Part shown: positions 11,131 through 21,556 of the stretch, piece after piece
Position numbering within the stretch: the stretch's first letter is position 1
How the letters are laid out: each line of letters begins with the position of its first letter
Origin: Deltaproteobacteria bacterium
GTDB lineage: Bacteria; Myxococcota_A; Polyangia; Polyangiales; Houyiibacteriaceae
NCBI GenBank assembly: GCA_034670305.1
Contig: JAXMNT010000002.1
Span: 64,001 to 128,000 of the forward strand
Direction: 5' to 3'
DNA: 64,000 bases
Notes under the pieces: generated by a model
Seen by the model: only the letters and a program-made list of their open reading frames with translations
The model's database searches: none
Told to the model about the DNA's origin: nothing
Program-made: the position numbers and the translations under genes

Positions 11131-11693
11131 TCAGCCGATGGCGCAGCCCGACAGCACGCAGACGAAGTGCGGCCATCGGAAGCTGCCATCCTCTTTGGTG
11201 CACCGCTCCGTCTCCTCGCAATCCGCGTCCACACGACACTCGTCTTCGGGTGTTCGGCACGACACCGCCGACGGTCCGCGCATCCCCGCCGGACCACTGC
11301 ACCCCATGTCGACTTGGCAGAAATCGTCCGAACACCCGACCTCGCCGTCCGCCGAAACCTGCGCGCACTCGTCCAGCAAGCAGCGGTTGCGTTCCAGGAT
11401 CCCGACACCGCAGGCGCACGTGAACCCAGAAGCGCAATCCAGATCCGACGTGCAGTCGTGGTACGTGCATTCCCCTTCATACGCAGAGACCTGAATGCAC
11501 CGACCTTGGTCGCCCTCCGTGCAATCCGCGCTTCTCTCGCATCCCATCCAGCCCCAGCAGTTCCGATGACCCTGTCCGACCGCTCCACCGAACACATGCC
11601 CGCGTGAATGCGGGGATCCGGATCCGGTTCAAGCGGAGCGACTCCGCAGGCCAACAAGAAGACACAGACCACGGCGCGACTCAGGTACCCCAT
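11131..11693 (-). pseudogene. Cys-rich lipoprotein split by an apparent frameshift near 11545-11560
   Basis: Lipobox N-terminus MGYLSRAVVCVFLLAC is in one frame; the Cys-rich body GCERSADC...CRVDADC is in another. Confidence 0.6.
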
Positions 11694-11739
11694 GAACAAA
11701 CGGTAGCATTGACTACGGGTGCGCGACTGAGTCGGACGC

Positions 11740-11771
11740 AAAAGAGCGGCCTCCCGCAAGAGACCGCTCTT
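11740..11771 (-). terminator. Intrinsic terminator of mdh
   Basis: Minus strand AAGAGCGGTCTC-TTGC-GGGAGGCCGCTC-TTTT. Confidence 0.7.
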
Positions 11772-11798
11772 CACTTTGCTTTGCGCGTCTGAGTCCGT

Positions 11799-12791
11799 TC
11801 AGCTCGGGAGCAGGTCTGCGACTGCTTCGGCTTCGTCGGACAGCTCCTTCGCCGTTGCGTCGATGCGCGCGCGGCTGAACTCGTCGATCTCGAGGCCCTG
11901 GACGATCTCGTACTTGCCGCCCGAACACTTGACCGGGAAGCCGCACATCAGGCCTTCGGGCACGCCGTAACTGCCGTCGCTGCAGACGGCCATGGCCGAC
12001 CAGTCGCCGTCCGGGCTGCCGAGCCACCAGTCGTGCACATGGTCGATCGCCGCGTTCGCCGCCGACGCCGCCGACGACTTGCCGCGCGCGTCGATGATCG
12101 CCTTGCCGCGCTGCTGCACGGTCGGGATGAAGGTCTCTTCGATCCAGGCTTGGTCGCCGACGATCTCCGCGACCGTCTTGCCGTTGAGCTCGGCGTGGAA
12201 GAGGTCCGGGTACTGGGTGGCCGAGTGGTTGCCCCAGATGGCGAGCTTCTTCACTTCCGCGGCGGTGCATCCGAGCTTCGCGGCGGCCTGCGAGAGCGCC
12301 CGGTTCTGGTCGAGACGCACGAGCGCGCTCCACGCGGTCTTCGGAATGCTCGGTGCGTTCTTGCGCGCGATGTAGCAGTTGGTGTTGGCCGGGTTGCCGA
12401 CGACGCACACCTTGATGTCGCGTGAGGCGACCGCGTCGATCGCCTTGCCTTGCGTCGTGAAGATCGGCCCGTTCTCACGGAGCAGATCCTTGCGCAGCAT
12501 GCCGGGTCCGCGCGGCTTGGCGCCGACGAGCACCGCGACGTCGGTGTCCTTGAACCCGAGCATCGGATCGGACTGCGCTTCCATGCCCGCAAGCAGCGGG
12601 AACGCGCAGTCGTCGAGCTCCATCATCACGCCTTCACACGCCTTCATGACTTCGGGCACGGGGATGTCCACCAGCTGAAGGTGAACCGGCTGGTCTTTGC
12701 CCAGCATGTCTCCAGCCGCGATGCGGAAGAGCAGGCTGTATCCAATTTGACCGGCCGCTCCAGTGACGGCGACGCGAACGGGCTTCTTCAT
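11799..12791 (-). CDS. mdh: Malate dehydrogenase (type 2)
   Basis: [22 protein letters not shown] and [12 protein letters not shown] motifs. Confidence 0.97.
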   Translation of the reverse strand: MKKPVRVAVTGAAGQIGYSLLFRIAAGDMLGKDQPVHLQLVDIPVPEVMKACEGVMMELDDCAFPLLAGMEAQSDPMLGFKDTDVAVLVGAKPRGPGMLRKDLLRENGPIFTTQGKAIDAVASRDIKVCVVGNPANTNCYIARKNAPSIPKTAWSALVRLDQNRALSQAAAKLGCTAAEVKKLAIWGNHSATQYPDLFHAELNGKTVAEIVGDQAWIEETFIPTVQQRGKAIIDARGKSSAASAANAAIDHVHDWWLGSPDGDWSAMAVCSDGSYGVPEGLMCGFPVKCSGGKYEIVQGLEIDEFSRARIDATAKELSDEAEAVADLLPS

Positions 12792-12898
12792 GCGACTCTC
12801 CTCCTCGAGGGAACTTCTGTGTTTCGAGGGGCCCTAGCGGCAGACGCCCGGCCTCCTCCCAACTTCGTTGGCGGCGGACCCTAGCACACGCGCTGGCA

Positions 12899-12942
12899 CC
12901 GCCAGTCTCGCGAAGCGAGCCAGGCCCGTAGCTGCAAGAATC
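12899..12942. repeat. Partial copy of repeat unit A
   Basis: CCGCCAGTCTCGCGAAGCGAGCCAGGCCCGTAGCTGCAAGAAT matches ~9969-10010. Confidence 0.75.
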
Positions 12943-12998
12943 GTGGCCGACCTCCGAGTCCGTTGATATGCTTGAGTGGTGGCGCCTCCGCCACGACG

Positions 12999-13157
12999 AT
13001 GCCCGTCTCGATCGACATCACCAGCCTCCTCGTGGTCGCCAGTGTGGCGGCGGGGGCGCTCGTGGCACTTCGTCTGAGCATCGCCGTTCACAGGCGTCGC
13101 TCGGCCGAGCGGACACGCGGCATCCTGAAAACGGCCGGCGCCCAGCAGACCCGCTGA
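12999..13157 (+). CDS. Possible small single-pass membrane protein
   Basis: One hydrophobic helix followed by basic residues; short and uncertain. Confidence 0.35.
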   Translation: MPVSIDITSLLVVASVAAGALVALRLSIAVHRRRSAERTRGILKTAGAQQTR

Positions 13158-13314
13158 ACGGCGACCGCCCTCCTTTGACAACCGCTGCGGCGATGCGACT
13201 TCCGGAATGCCGGTGGCCGCTCGGGTGTGTCGGCCTTAGGTCCCATGGGACCAAGCCGCGCACGACGCCGTGATGCGGACCCACACCCCAGCGAGACCAA
13301 GAACTGAGCACACA

Positions 13315-14151
13315 ATGGGACGCCTGATCGGCTACATGGCCAACCGCACCGATCGACTCGCGGCGGCGCTTCACCAAGAACGCGCCGTCGTCGCGCCACG
13401 CCCCAGCATTCCGCCAGCCGGAGCAGAGGGCGTACCCAAACCTGTCGGATGGGGACTCGGGTTCTATCAAAACGGAGAAGTGCTTCACAAGAAGCGGCCG
13501 CAGCTGACCGGCACGCTGGACTGGGAGGCGGTCGCGCGCGACGTGGTGTCGGACTGCGTGCTCTTGCACCTGCGGCAACCGACCGTCGGCGACTTTCGCA
13601 CCCAGAACACCCACCCCTTCCGGATGCGGAAGTGGCTCTTCGCCCACACCGGCACGATCGAACGCTTCAGCGCGATCGAGGAATCGCTCCGGGCGTCGCT
13701 CCCAGAGTTCATGCAGCGGAACGTGCGGGGCACGACCGACAGCGAGCTGCTGTTTCACCTCGTGCTCAGTTTTCTCCACGACGCGGGTCACCTCGACGCG
13801 CCCGCCCCTCGCGAGCAGATCGTCACCGCGGCGATCCGTTCTGCGGTCGCGCTCGTCGATCGCCTCTGCGCCGAGGTGAAGGCCCCGACCAGTCAAATCA
13901 ACATGGTCCTCACCGAGGGCCGAACCATGTATGCGCTCCGCCGTGGCGGTCCGATGGCCTACGTAGAACGACGTGGCATCCACGACGCCGACATCGACGA
14001 GCCCCCGAGCCGCACGAAACCGACCATGCTGCGGTACGTCATGGTGGTGGCCGAAGACGTGGGCGACCTCGGCGCCGACTGGCACAGCCTGGAATCCGGC
14101 GAGCTGGTCGTGGTCGACCGGCAGCTCGACGTCCACCGCCACGCTTGTTAA
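13315..14151 (+). CDS. Class II glutamine amidotransferase-like (YafJ/EgtC family) protein lacking the N-terminal Cys
   Basis: GWGLGFY, HLR, NTHPFR, WLFAHTG and GTTDSE motifs; starts MGRL rather than MCRL. Confidence 0.85.
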   Translation: MGRLIGYMANRTDRLAAALHQERAVVAPRPSIPPAGAEGVPKPVGWGLGFYQNGEVLHKKRPQLTGTLDWEAVARDVVSDCVLLHLRQPTVGDFRTQNTHPFRMRKWLFAHTGTIERFSAIEESLRASLPEFMQRNVRGTTDSELLFHLVLSFLHDAGHLDAPAPREQIVTAAIRSAVALVDRLCAEVKAPTSQINMVLTEGRTMYALRRGGPMAYVERRGIHDADIDEPPSRTKPTMLRYVMVVAEDVGDLGADWHSLESGELVVVDRQLDVHRHAC

Positions 14152-14157
14152 TTGGCA

Positions 14158-14422
14158 CTACGGGCCTGGCTCGCTTCGCGAGACTGGCGGCCCTAATTCG
14201 CGCCCGTCGCACCTGCACGTGCTCGCCGCCGAGCCATTGACGCAGCTGAGAAACCCATTGGAACATTTGGCGGCTGCGCGGCGTGCAGGCGCTCCTGAAG
14301 GCGCTCTGTGTTCACTTGGAAGTGCACCCGTTGCTCGCCCTGCGGGCTGCGCAGGTGCACTTGTCGGTGTGCTTCTTCAACAACGCCTCGGGCCTGGCTC
14401 GCTTCGCGAGACTGGCGGCCCG
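14158..14422. repeat. Inverted, diverged copy of the A-B-A repeat
   Basis: Reverse complements of unit A (14158-14230), unit B (~14265-14365) and partial A (14389-14422). Confidence 0.8.
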
Positions 14423-14444
14423 GGCGGTGTAGTAGGCTGCGCGC

Positions 14445-15083
14445 GTGAACGATCGGTGCGTCACGCGGAAGACGAAGGCCCTCCCTGCGGGTGGGTTGGC
14501 GATGGGGTTGGCGATGGTCGCGCTCGTGTCTTTCGGGTGTGCGACGACTTCGATCGAGTCGCTCGCGCCGGCTGCCCCGTCCAGCTCGCTCGATCCCGAA
14601 CCCTGGGCTCCGGAGCCGGGCGACAACGCGCGCACTGGGGAACCCACCGCTGTGGCGATCGCAGGGGGTGAGCAACAAGCGCAAGCGGTCGCGCTGCGGG
14701 TGCTCGAGGCGATCCGGGACGCGGACGACCGACTCCTCAACCGGATGCTGGAGGCGCGCATCTCCCGCTTGCAGCCACGGCCGAGCGCCGCCCAAGTCCC
14801 GCGCGAAGCACTGGTGGAGGCGTCCATTCGAAGTCCGCGGCGCGGATCGCTCGGTCCGCAGAGCCCTCTGTCCGAGTACTTCCAACTCGATCAGATGCGC
14901 ATGCAACCGCTGAGCGTGGTGATGCCGCAGGTACCGAACGGTCTCGAGGGTTCGGACATCCTCGTGTACATCCCGCTGACCCGGGCGGGACGGACGATCT
15001 TTCGGTTCCTCGTGCCCGGTTGGAGCCACCGAGGGAGCGTGCTGGTGCGGACGGGCGTCGACCCGAGGGTGGTGGGCTTGTGA
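14445..15083 (+). CDS. Hypothetical lipoprotein (start may be downstream, ~14502)
   Basis: MGLAMVALVSFGC lipobox. Confidence 0.6.
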   Translation: MNDRCVTRKTKALPAGGLAMGLAMVALVSFGCATTSIESLAPAAPSSSLDPEPWAPEPGDNARTGEPTAVAIAGGEQQAQAVALRVLEAIRDADDRLLNRMLEARISRLQPRPSAAQVPREALVEASIRSPRRGSLGPQSPLSEYFQLDQMRMQPLSVVMPQVPNGLEGSDILVYIPLTRAGRTIFRFLVPGWSHRGSVLVRTGVDPRVVGL

Positions 15084-15111
15084 GTCGACTCGTGGGGATG
15101 GGCGCGCACCG

Positions 15112-15468
15112 ATGACCGAACCGGCCGACTTGGTGGGCCAAGCCCGCGTCGTGCTGTGCACCGCGCCGACGCTCGAGGTGGCTGAGACGTTGGCCCGCGG
15201 CCTGGTCGAAGCTGGCCTCGCGGCGTGTGTGAACCTCTTGCCCGGCGTGCGGTCGGTGTATCGCTGGGAGGGCGCACTGCACGTCGACGACGAGGTTCAG
15301 ATGGTCATCAAGACGACGGCCGCGCAGTTCGCCGCGCTCGAGCGGCACCTGCAATCGCACCATCCGTACGACACGCCTGAGGTCCTCGCCCTCGAGGTCG
15401 CGGACGGATCGCACGCCTACCTCGCGTGGCTCGACCGTCAGTGCCAGGGACCGCGCGAACCGACGTGA
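15112..15468 (+). CDS. cutA: Divalent-cation tolerance protein CutA
   Basis: LAACVN, SVYRWEG and HPYDTPEVL motifs. Confidence 0.95.
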   Translation: MTEPADLVGQARVVLCTAPTLEVAETLARGLVEAGLAACVNLLPGVRSVYRWEGALHVDDEVQMVIKTTAAQFAALERHLQSHHPYDTPEVLALEVADGSHAYLAWLDRQCQGPREPT

Positions 15469-18188
15469 CGAGGTACTGCCCGTGCGGCGTGCGCGCGCTG
15501 GCGTTCGCGACGTGCCTCGTCGTGGTGCACTTCGTTCCCGAATCCGCGGAAGCCGCCGCGCCGACCAGCTACGCAGTCGAGGCACGCGTCGAGGGAGACC
15601 GAATCGTTGGGCGGGTGACCATCGAACTCGTCGTACCGGAGGGCGAGGACGAGGTTCGGTTGTGGGTGTACTCGGATCGGCTCGCGGTGGAGCCGAGCGT
15701 GCTGGACCAACACAACGCGCGCTGGATCTTTCCGCGCGAGATCGATCTGGCCGAGACAGACCTGGAAGCCGAACTCGATGGCCGGCCGGCGCCGCTGACG
15801 TGGACCCGGAGTGCGCCTGGCAGCGCCGAAGGACGCGACTACCGGGGCGGCGACGTGCGCTGCGCGGCGAACCCCGGACCCCACCGCCTGACCGTGGCGT
15901 TCTCCTACCGCGTGCCCGAACGGTTCGGCCGCCTCGGCCGGGTCGGCGACCGTTGGACACTGACCGGACCTTGGTACCCCCTGGTGATCGGTCAGGACGC
16001 GAACGGCGAGGAAGGCACGCGATTCTCCGTGCCGCATGCGGTGCATCTCGATCTCCCCGACGGACTCGAATCGTACAGCGAGGGGTCGACCGTTCGCGGT
16101 TCCTTGCGCCGCAGCCAGACTGGGTGGTTCGTGCCAGTGGTCGCCGCGCCGTCGTTGCACGTGCGCGAGGTCAGGCTCGAGTCCGGCCAGATGCTCCGCG
16201 TGGTCTCCCACCGCCCGCTCTACCAAGCGCCCTCTGCCACCGCGCAGGGCATGGCCGCGGTGCACGACATCGCGCGCGTCGACGTCGTCGGGCAGGTCGC
16301 GCGGGTGGCCGAACAGGCGACGTCCACCGTGCGGGCGGTGGGTCTGCCGCCACCGGTCCGTGCGGACGCCCCGATCGACGTCGTGCTCGTTCCCTCGCGC
16401 ACCGAACTCGCTGGCACCGCGCCGGGATGGGTCACCGCGAGCGACCGACTCTACGAGATCTTTCCCCAGCCCGACGTGCGCTCCTTTCACGACCGCGCCC
16501 TCTCCCGCGCCATCTTTCGCACCCTGCTCGAACCACTCGTCGATGCGGTGGACGACGTCGGGGACCGCACCTGGAGCGAAGACCTGCGCGCGGTGATCCT
16601 GGTCGACCTCGACGTGGTCCGGCAACAAGGCGAAGCCCAGAGCGCCGAGGATCTGATCGGCTGGGCCGGCTTTCACCCACTCGTCGACCAGCTGCTCTAC
16701 GCGCCGCAGGTGTCGTTCGTCGATGTGTGGTTCGGCATCGCGGAACCCGACCCGTACCGCGACGCACCGGAGCGGTCCCGCCGCCCGACCGCCCGCGGAC
16801 GTCGGCTGCTCGAGGCGGCCCGCGATGTGCTCTCGGAAGACGCGTTGCGCGCGTGGTCGAGGTCGCTCCTCACCGCACCCGTGAGCGCCCGCGCCAGCTT
16901 GGCGACCGCCTCCACCCTCGGTGCCAGCCGCCTCGAGGGATGGCTGCGCGCGCCCGCGACCTCGCTGAACTACCGCATCGCCAACCTCACGAGCGAGCGC
17001 ACCTCGGACGGCTACGCGCACGTGGTGCACCTCGAGCGGCAACTCGGCGAGGGATCCGCGGGGCGGGACGAACCGGTGGAAGTGCGCATCGAGACCGACG
17101 AAGACGAGGTGCGCACCGAACACTGGCAGGTTTCGGCGGGCCCGGATGGCGACACCGGAGAAGTGCGGTTCGAGACCCGCGGCGCGCTGCACGACGTGCA
17201 GGTCGATCCCCGAAGCCGAGTGGTTCAGGACGCCGCGGTGTCGCAAGGGCACCCTCGGCGGGACGACACCAACCGCCTCCCGTTCCGACCGCCGATCCTC
17301 CAGGGCATCAACCTCGCCTACTCGGCCACCGAAGGCGCAGTCGTCGGCCTGATCGATTTTGCGATCCGGCGGCGCTTCGACCTCGAGAACTCGTTCTCGC
17401 TGAGGCTCGACACCGGCCCCCGCTCGGTCGGTGGCCTCCTGCGCTACCGGCGCGGCATCGGTCGCAAACGAGACACCAACAACCGCATCGGCTTCCTCGT
17501 CGGCGGCCTCGAACTCGACCGGCTGCGCGCCGATTTCTCAGACGACGCCGAAGGCGGCTGGCGCGGCGCGGTGCTCGTCCAAGGGGGCTACAACACGCTG
17601 CGCTGGTTCCTGGATCCGCGCTCGGGGTCTTCGCTCGTCGGTTCGGTCCGCGCGGGCCTGGTGCGGCGGGACGATGGATCGCGGAGCTGGACCTTGAGCC
17701 CAAGCGTACGCGGCAACCTCACCGTGCCGATCGGGCTGCGGGCGTCGGTCGTCTTCGTCGGATCGGCGAGCTGGGTGTTCGGCGATCCACTCGCCGCGGA
17801 ACGTCCTGGGCTCGGCGGACGTTTCTTGATGCGTGGGTACCAAAACGCAGAGCTGGTCGGACGCGGCATCGCGTTCGGGGTGGTGGAGGCGCGTTTCACC
17901 CCGACGGCGTTCTCGGACATGGCGGCCAACGCCGTGCACATCGCCTGGATCCGGGAGATCCAACTCGCGCTCTTCGCTGGGGTCGGAGGCATCTTCGACC
18001 TCACCGACGGACGCGACGCAGCGCTGGGGCTCGAGGTGGGCGGTGGGGTGCGCATCCACTTCGAGTACGGCGGTGTGCAGCCGGGCGTCCTCGTGGTGGA
18101 CCTCGCGGTCCCGCTCCTCCGCACCGCCGAAGCGCGGGCGACGCGCAGTCCCGTCACCGCGTTGCTCGCATTCGAGCAGTACTTCTGA
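15465..18188 (+). CDS. Outer-membrane protein with M1-aminopeptidase-like N-terminal region (no HEXXH) and Omp85-like C-terminal barrel
   Basis: Signal peptide; RFGRLG..LTGPWYP and VQVDP motifs; LGGRFLMRGY barrel motif; C-terminal FEQYF; GTG overlaps the cutA stop. Confidence 0.6.
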   Translation: MTRYCPCGVRALAFATCLVVVHFVPESAEAAAPTSYAVEARVEGDRIVGRVTIELVVPEGEDEVRLWVYSDRLAVEPSVLDQHNARWIFPREIDLAETDLEAELDGRPAPLTWTRSAPGSAEGRDYRGGDVRCAANPGPHRLTVAFSYRVPERFGRLGRVGDRWTLTGPWYPLVIGQDANGEEGTRFSVPHAVHLDLPDGLESYSEGSTVRGSLRRSQTGWFVPVVAAPSLHVREVRLESGQMLRVVSHRPLYQAPSATAQGMAAVHDIARVDVVGQVARVAEQATSTVRAVGLPPPVRADAPIDVVLVPSRTELAGTAPGWVTASDRLYEIFPQPDVRSFHDRALSRAIFRTLLEPLVDAVDDVGDRTWSEDLRAVILVDLDVVRQQGEAQSAEDLIGWAGFHPLVDQLLYAPQVSFVDVWFGIAEPDPYRDAPERSRRPTARGRRLLEAARDVLSEDALRAWSRSLLTAPVSARASLATASTLGASRLEGWLRAPATSLNYRIANLTSERTSDGYAHVVHLERQLGEGSAGRDEPVEVRIETDEDEVRTEHWQVSAGPDGDTGEVRFETRGALHDVQVDPRSRVVQDAAVSQGHPRRDDTNRLPFRPPILQGINLAYSATEGAVVGLIDFAIRRRFDLENSFSLRLDTGPRSVGGLLRYRRGIGRKRDTNNRIGFLVGGLELDRLRADFSDDAEGGWRGAVLVQGGYNTLRWFLDPRSGSSLVGSVRAGLVRRDDGSRSWTLSPSVRGNLTVPIGLRASVVFVGSASWVFGDPLAAERPGLGGRFLMRGYQNAELVGRGIAFGVVEARFTPTAFSDMAANAVHIAWIREIQLALFAGVGGIFDLTDGRDAALGLEVGGGVRIHFEYGGVQPGVLVVDLAVPLLRTAEARATRSPVTALLAFEQYF

Positions 18189-18203
18189 GAGCGTGCGTTG
18201 GTG

Positions 18204-19601
18204 ATGCGCCTTTCCCTCCGTTCGTGGTTTCCGGGATCTGCACTTCGGTCTCTCGCAACCGCGCTGTGCTGCCTGGCGTGGGGGTGTCCCTCGCCGTCTC
18301 CGACGACCACCACGCCACGGCCTTCCGTGCCCGATGCGGGCGTGGACGCCGGCCCTCGGTATGCGCCACTCCCTGTGCTGCCCCTGCCCGCCGAACCGCC
18401 GCCTCCCGACGACCCAGCCCCGTCCCCGTCCGACCGGCTCGCGCTCGGCGCCGAGACGAGTTGTGTGATGACCCGCGACGGACGGCTGCGCTGTTGGGGG
18501 TCGAACCGGTTCGGGCAGCTCGGTGCGCCCGCCCTCCCCCGCGGCCGCTCCGCGCGTCGGGAGGCACCGGCACTGGTGGCCGGAATCGAAGACGCCCGCG
18601 ATGTATCCGCCGGGACGTGGCATGTGTGCGTGGTGCACGCTGACCGCACGGTCTCGTGTTGGGGGCACGGCGCCTGGGGACAGCTCGGGGACGGCGCCAC
18701 CGAAGATCGCAGCGCGCCAGTGCGCGCGGCGATCGATGGGGTCGTGCAAGTCGCGGCGGGCGAAGGTCACACGTGCGTGCGCCGAGCCGACCGGACCGCC
18801 TGGTGCTGGGGCCACAACCACTTCGGACAACTCGGCGACGGCACCCAAGAAGATCGAACGGCGCCGGTGCAGGTCCCGCTCGAGTCCGTGGTCGAGATCC
18901 GCACCGGCCGCTCGCACACCTGCGCGCGGACCGAAGTCGACGAGGTCTCCGAAGTCTATTGCTGGGGAGAGAACCTCGACGCGCAGCTCGGCGACGGAAC
19001 CCGCTCCGAACCCGCCGGCTTCCGAACGACGGCTGCGAAGGTGGCCGTCGAAGCCGCGCAGCAACTCTCGATCGGAGCGGGCAGTGGATGTGTGCTCGGT
19101 GGGGGCGGCGTCACCTGCTGGGGCCGCAACGACTCCTACCAACTCGGCGCACGCCCGGGCGGCCACGCCGAGAGCGCGATCCTCGAACCGACCCCTATGG
19201 AAGCCACCGCGGACGCGACGCAGGTCGCCGCCGGCGCCCGCCACAGCTGCGTGCTCTTGCGCTCCAGCGAAGAAGACGTGACCGCGATCCGGTGCAGCGG
19301 CCTGAACAACCGCGGCCAGATCGGCGACGGTTCCCGATCGCTCCGTCGCGATCCAACCGAAGTCTCCGGACTCGGCAACGCCACCCACATCGCAGTGGGG
19401 GGCGAACACTCGTGCGCGCTCCGCGCCGCTGGCCCGCTCGTGGTGTGCTGGGGCGACAACCGACGCGGCCAGCTCGGGGACGGCTCGCGGCGGTACCGGA
19501 CCGAACCGGTCCCGGTCGTCGGCAGCGAACGATGGCGACCGGCCGCCGCAACCACGACGCCCCCCGGAGTGGCCGAAGCGGTTCCGCAACCACTTCGATA
19601 A
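18204..19601 (+). CDS. RCC1-repeat lipoprotein
   Basis: Repeated HTC/HSC...CWG.N..GQLGDG motifs; lipobox LAWGC. Confidence 0.9.
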   Translation: MRLSLRSWFPGSALRSLATALCCLAWGCPSPSPTTTTPRPSVPDAGVDAGPRYAPLPVLPLPAEPPPPDDPAPSPSDRLALGAETSCVMTRDGRLRCWGSNRFGQLGAPALPRGRSARREAPALVAGIEDARDVSAGTWHVCVVHADRTVSCWGHGAWGQLGDGATEDRSAPVRAAIDGVVQVAAGEGHTCVRRADRTAWCWGHNHFGQLGDGTQEDRTAPVQVPLESVVEIRTGRSHTCARTEVDEVSEVYCWGENLDAQLGDGTRSEPAGFRTTAAKVAVEAAQQLSIGAGSGCVLGGGGVTCWGRNDSYQLGARPGGHAESAILEPTPMEATADATQVAAGARHSCVLLRSSEEDVTAIRCSGLNNRGQIGDGSRSLRRDPTEVSGLGNATHIAVGGEHSCALRAAGPLVVCWGDNRRGQLGDGSRRYRTEPVPVVGSERWRPAAATTTPPGVAEAVPQPLR

Positions 19602-19607
19602 GTCGGC

Positions 19608-20387
19608 CTACCGACCGCGGAGCCTGCGACGCCGCGCGCGCAGGACCGCGCGGTACTCACGACCGATGCGGGCGAGTTCCCAGCCGGCTTTGAGTCCGTC
19701 GGCCGGTCCGATCTTCGACCCGGCGACATGCCGCCACTCGCGCAACGGCAGTTCGACGATGCGCTCCGCGACGTCGCGATGCGGTTCGGACTGCACGATG
19801 AGCCTAGCCAGGATTTCGACGTCGAAGATCCAGCGCGAGAGAAACGGGCGCCCGAAGATGACCCGCAGGTCGTCGCTGGCCCGAAAGAGTTTGGCGCCGC
19901 ACTGGGTGTCGTAGACGTTCAGCGCGAGCACGTTGCTGACCGCCGTGGCGAACCCGCGTCCGTAGAGGTGCCGGTAGGTCTTTCGTTCGATGACCCGGCC
20001 GAGCAGGCGCACCCGCGCGCCGAACACCATGTCGACCTCGGCGGACCGTTCGAGCACCGCCGCGAACCGGTGAAGTTCCTCCAGTGGCGTGGCCAGGTCC
20101 GCGTCCCAGAACCCAACGAAGTCCGCCCCGTGTTCCGCACGCAGCGCCTCCGCGACGCCTTGCCGGACCGCTTCGGCTTTGCCGCCGTTCCGCTCCAACT
20201 TCAGCATCGCGAGGTTTGGCTCGTCGGCGCAGAGGGAGGTCAGTACCGCCGCGGTCGCGTCGGTGCTCCCGTCGTCTACGAAGAGGACGTGCAGGTCGTG
20301 CCCCGGCAGCCGAAAGCGGGCGAACGCCGGCCCATCGAGCCGCTCGGCTTCGTTGTAACAGGGGACCACGAGCCACACGCAAGACAT
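19608..20387 (-). CDS. GT2 glycosyltransferase (polyprenyl-phosphate glycosyltransferase-like)
   Basis: VVPCYNE, VDDGSTD, GKAEAV, DADLATP, DTQCGAK and FDVE motifs. Confidence 0.92.
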   Translation of the reverse strand: MSCVWLVVPCYNEAERLDGPAFARFRLPGHDLHVLFVDDGSTDATAAVLTSLCADEPNLAMLKLERNGGKAEAVRQGVAEALRAEHGADFVGFWDADLATPLEELHRFAAVLERSAEVDMVFGARVRLLGRVIERKTYRHLYGRGFATAVSNVLALNVYDTQCGAKLFRASDDLRVIFGRPFLSRWIFDVEILARLIVQSEPHRDVAERIVELPLREWRHVAGSKIGPADGLKAGWELARIGREYRAVLRARRRRLRGR

Positions 20388-20408
20388 GAGCGACGGGACG
20401 ATGCGCGG

Positions 20409-20906
20409 TCAGAGGGACCGGCGCAAGTGCGTCCTCAAGCCCGAGATGCCGTAGCGGTCCGAGTGCCCCACGACCTCGAAGCCCAGATGCTGCCACCACC
20501 CGCGGTTGTCGGGGCCGCGGCTGCGCGCAGCGGCCCGCAGGGCGGTGCATCCGAACGCTCGGGCCTGCGCCGCGAGGTATTCGACCAACGCCGCGCCGTG
20601 TCCGCCACCACGCACGTCGGCGAGCACGCCCAGCCGGGCGATCTCGAGTGCGTCGTCCGCGCAGCGCCATCGCGTCCCGCCGATCCAACGAGACTGGCTC
20701 CGCACCAACACCGCCCCACCGAGCGCCATCGAGGAAGCCACATCCGCCACCGACTCGAGCAGCGCACTGGACGGTGGCACCCCGTCGAGTTGCGCCGGGG
20801 TCGCATGAAAACAGGCCCGCATCACCGCGTGCACCAGCGTGGCCTGGCCGGCCTCGGCGGCTTGGAATGTGCGGTCTCCGAACAGGGCGCGTGCCGTGCG
20901 ACTCAC
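20409..20906 (-). CDS. GNAT family acetyltransferase
   Basis: RLGVLADVRGGGHG acetyl-CoA motif and WWQHLGF; start uncertain. Confidence 0.75.
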   Translation of the reverse strand: MSRTARALFGDRTFQAAEAGQATLVHAVMRACFHATPAQLDGVPPSSALLESVADVASSMALGGAVLVRSQSRWIGGTRWRCADDALEIARLGVLADVRGGGHGAALVEYLAAQARAFGCTALRAAARSRGPDNRGWWQHLGFEVVGHSDRYGISGLRTHLRRSL

Positions 20907-20992
20907 GAACGCATGGTACCCTCCCGCGCTCCACGTCGGTCGGCGACGGTGAATTGCCCCGCGAGTCGGGAAAGACGTTCTGGGGAGGACCA

Positions 20993-21556
20993 ATGGCGCA
21001 GAAAAAGGGCGGCGGACGCACCACCAAACGCGGGTTCGGCGCGATGGACGCCCTGGCGCCGGATGCCGAACTCCCGCCCGCTCCTGCGGTGGTCGTTCCG
21101 ATGTCTGCGCCGCTCCCGTCCCTTTCGACCAGCATCGAGCTCGAGGACGTCCGAGAGGTCGGCACGCCCGCGCTGCTGGCCGGACCCTGGCGCGCGGTGG
21201 AGATCTGGACCCAGAACCGCATCTACGGGTTGGATGCGTCCATGGTGTGCACCGAAGTGACCGACCGCACGACCGGCCAGGCGGCCCCCGACCACCCCGC
21301 CCTGACGGCCCGTCTGGTGGGCGGACAACGCCGAGAAGAAGATGGCCGGATCCGCGAAGTCAGCCACCCGCTCCCAGGCATCGGCGCCGCAGCCGTCTTC
21401 GCGCGCGACCTCGGCAAGCGCATGCATGTGAGCGAGACCTCTGCGGTGACCCGCGTCGTGTTCCGACAGCGGGTGGTCGAACTCGCCGACGGCGCACTCT
21501 CGTGGGAAGAGCTGGCCAAGACGGTTGCACCCGGCGCACAAGGCCGAAAGAAGTGA
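20993..21556 (+). CDS. Hypothetical protein
   Basis: GGAGG RBS before ATG; EIWTQNRIY motif; stop overlaps the next GTG. Confidence 0.7.
   Translation: MAQKKGGGRTTKRGFGAMDALAPDAELPPAPAVVVPMSAPLPSLSTSIELEDVREVGTPALLAGPWRAVEIWTQNRIYGLDASMVCTEVTDRTTGQAAPDHPALTARLVGGQRREEDGRIREVSHPLPGIGAAAVFARDLGKRMHVSETSAVTRVVFRQRVVELADGALSWEELAKTVAPGAQGRKK

Noticed and set aside
11076-11774. Long N-terminal extension of DapD
   Set aside because: DapD homology starts at 11075; the upstream part belongs to the frameshifted Cys-rich gene
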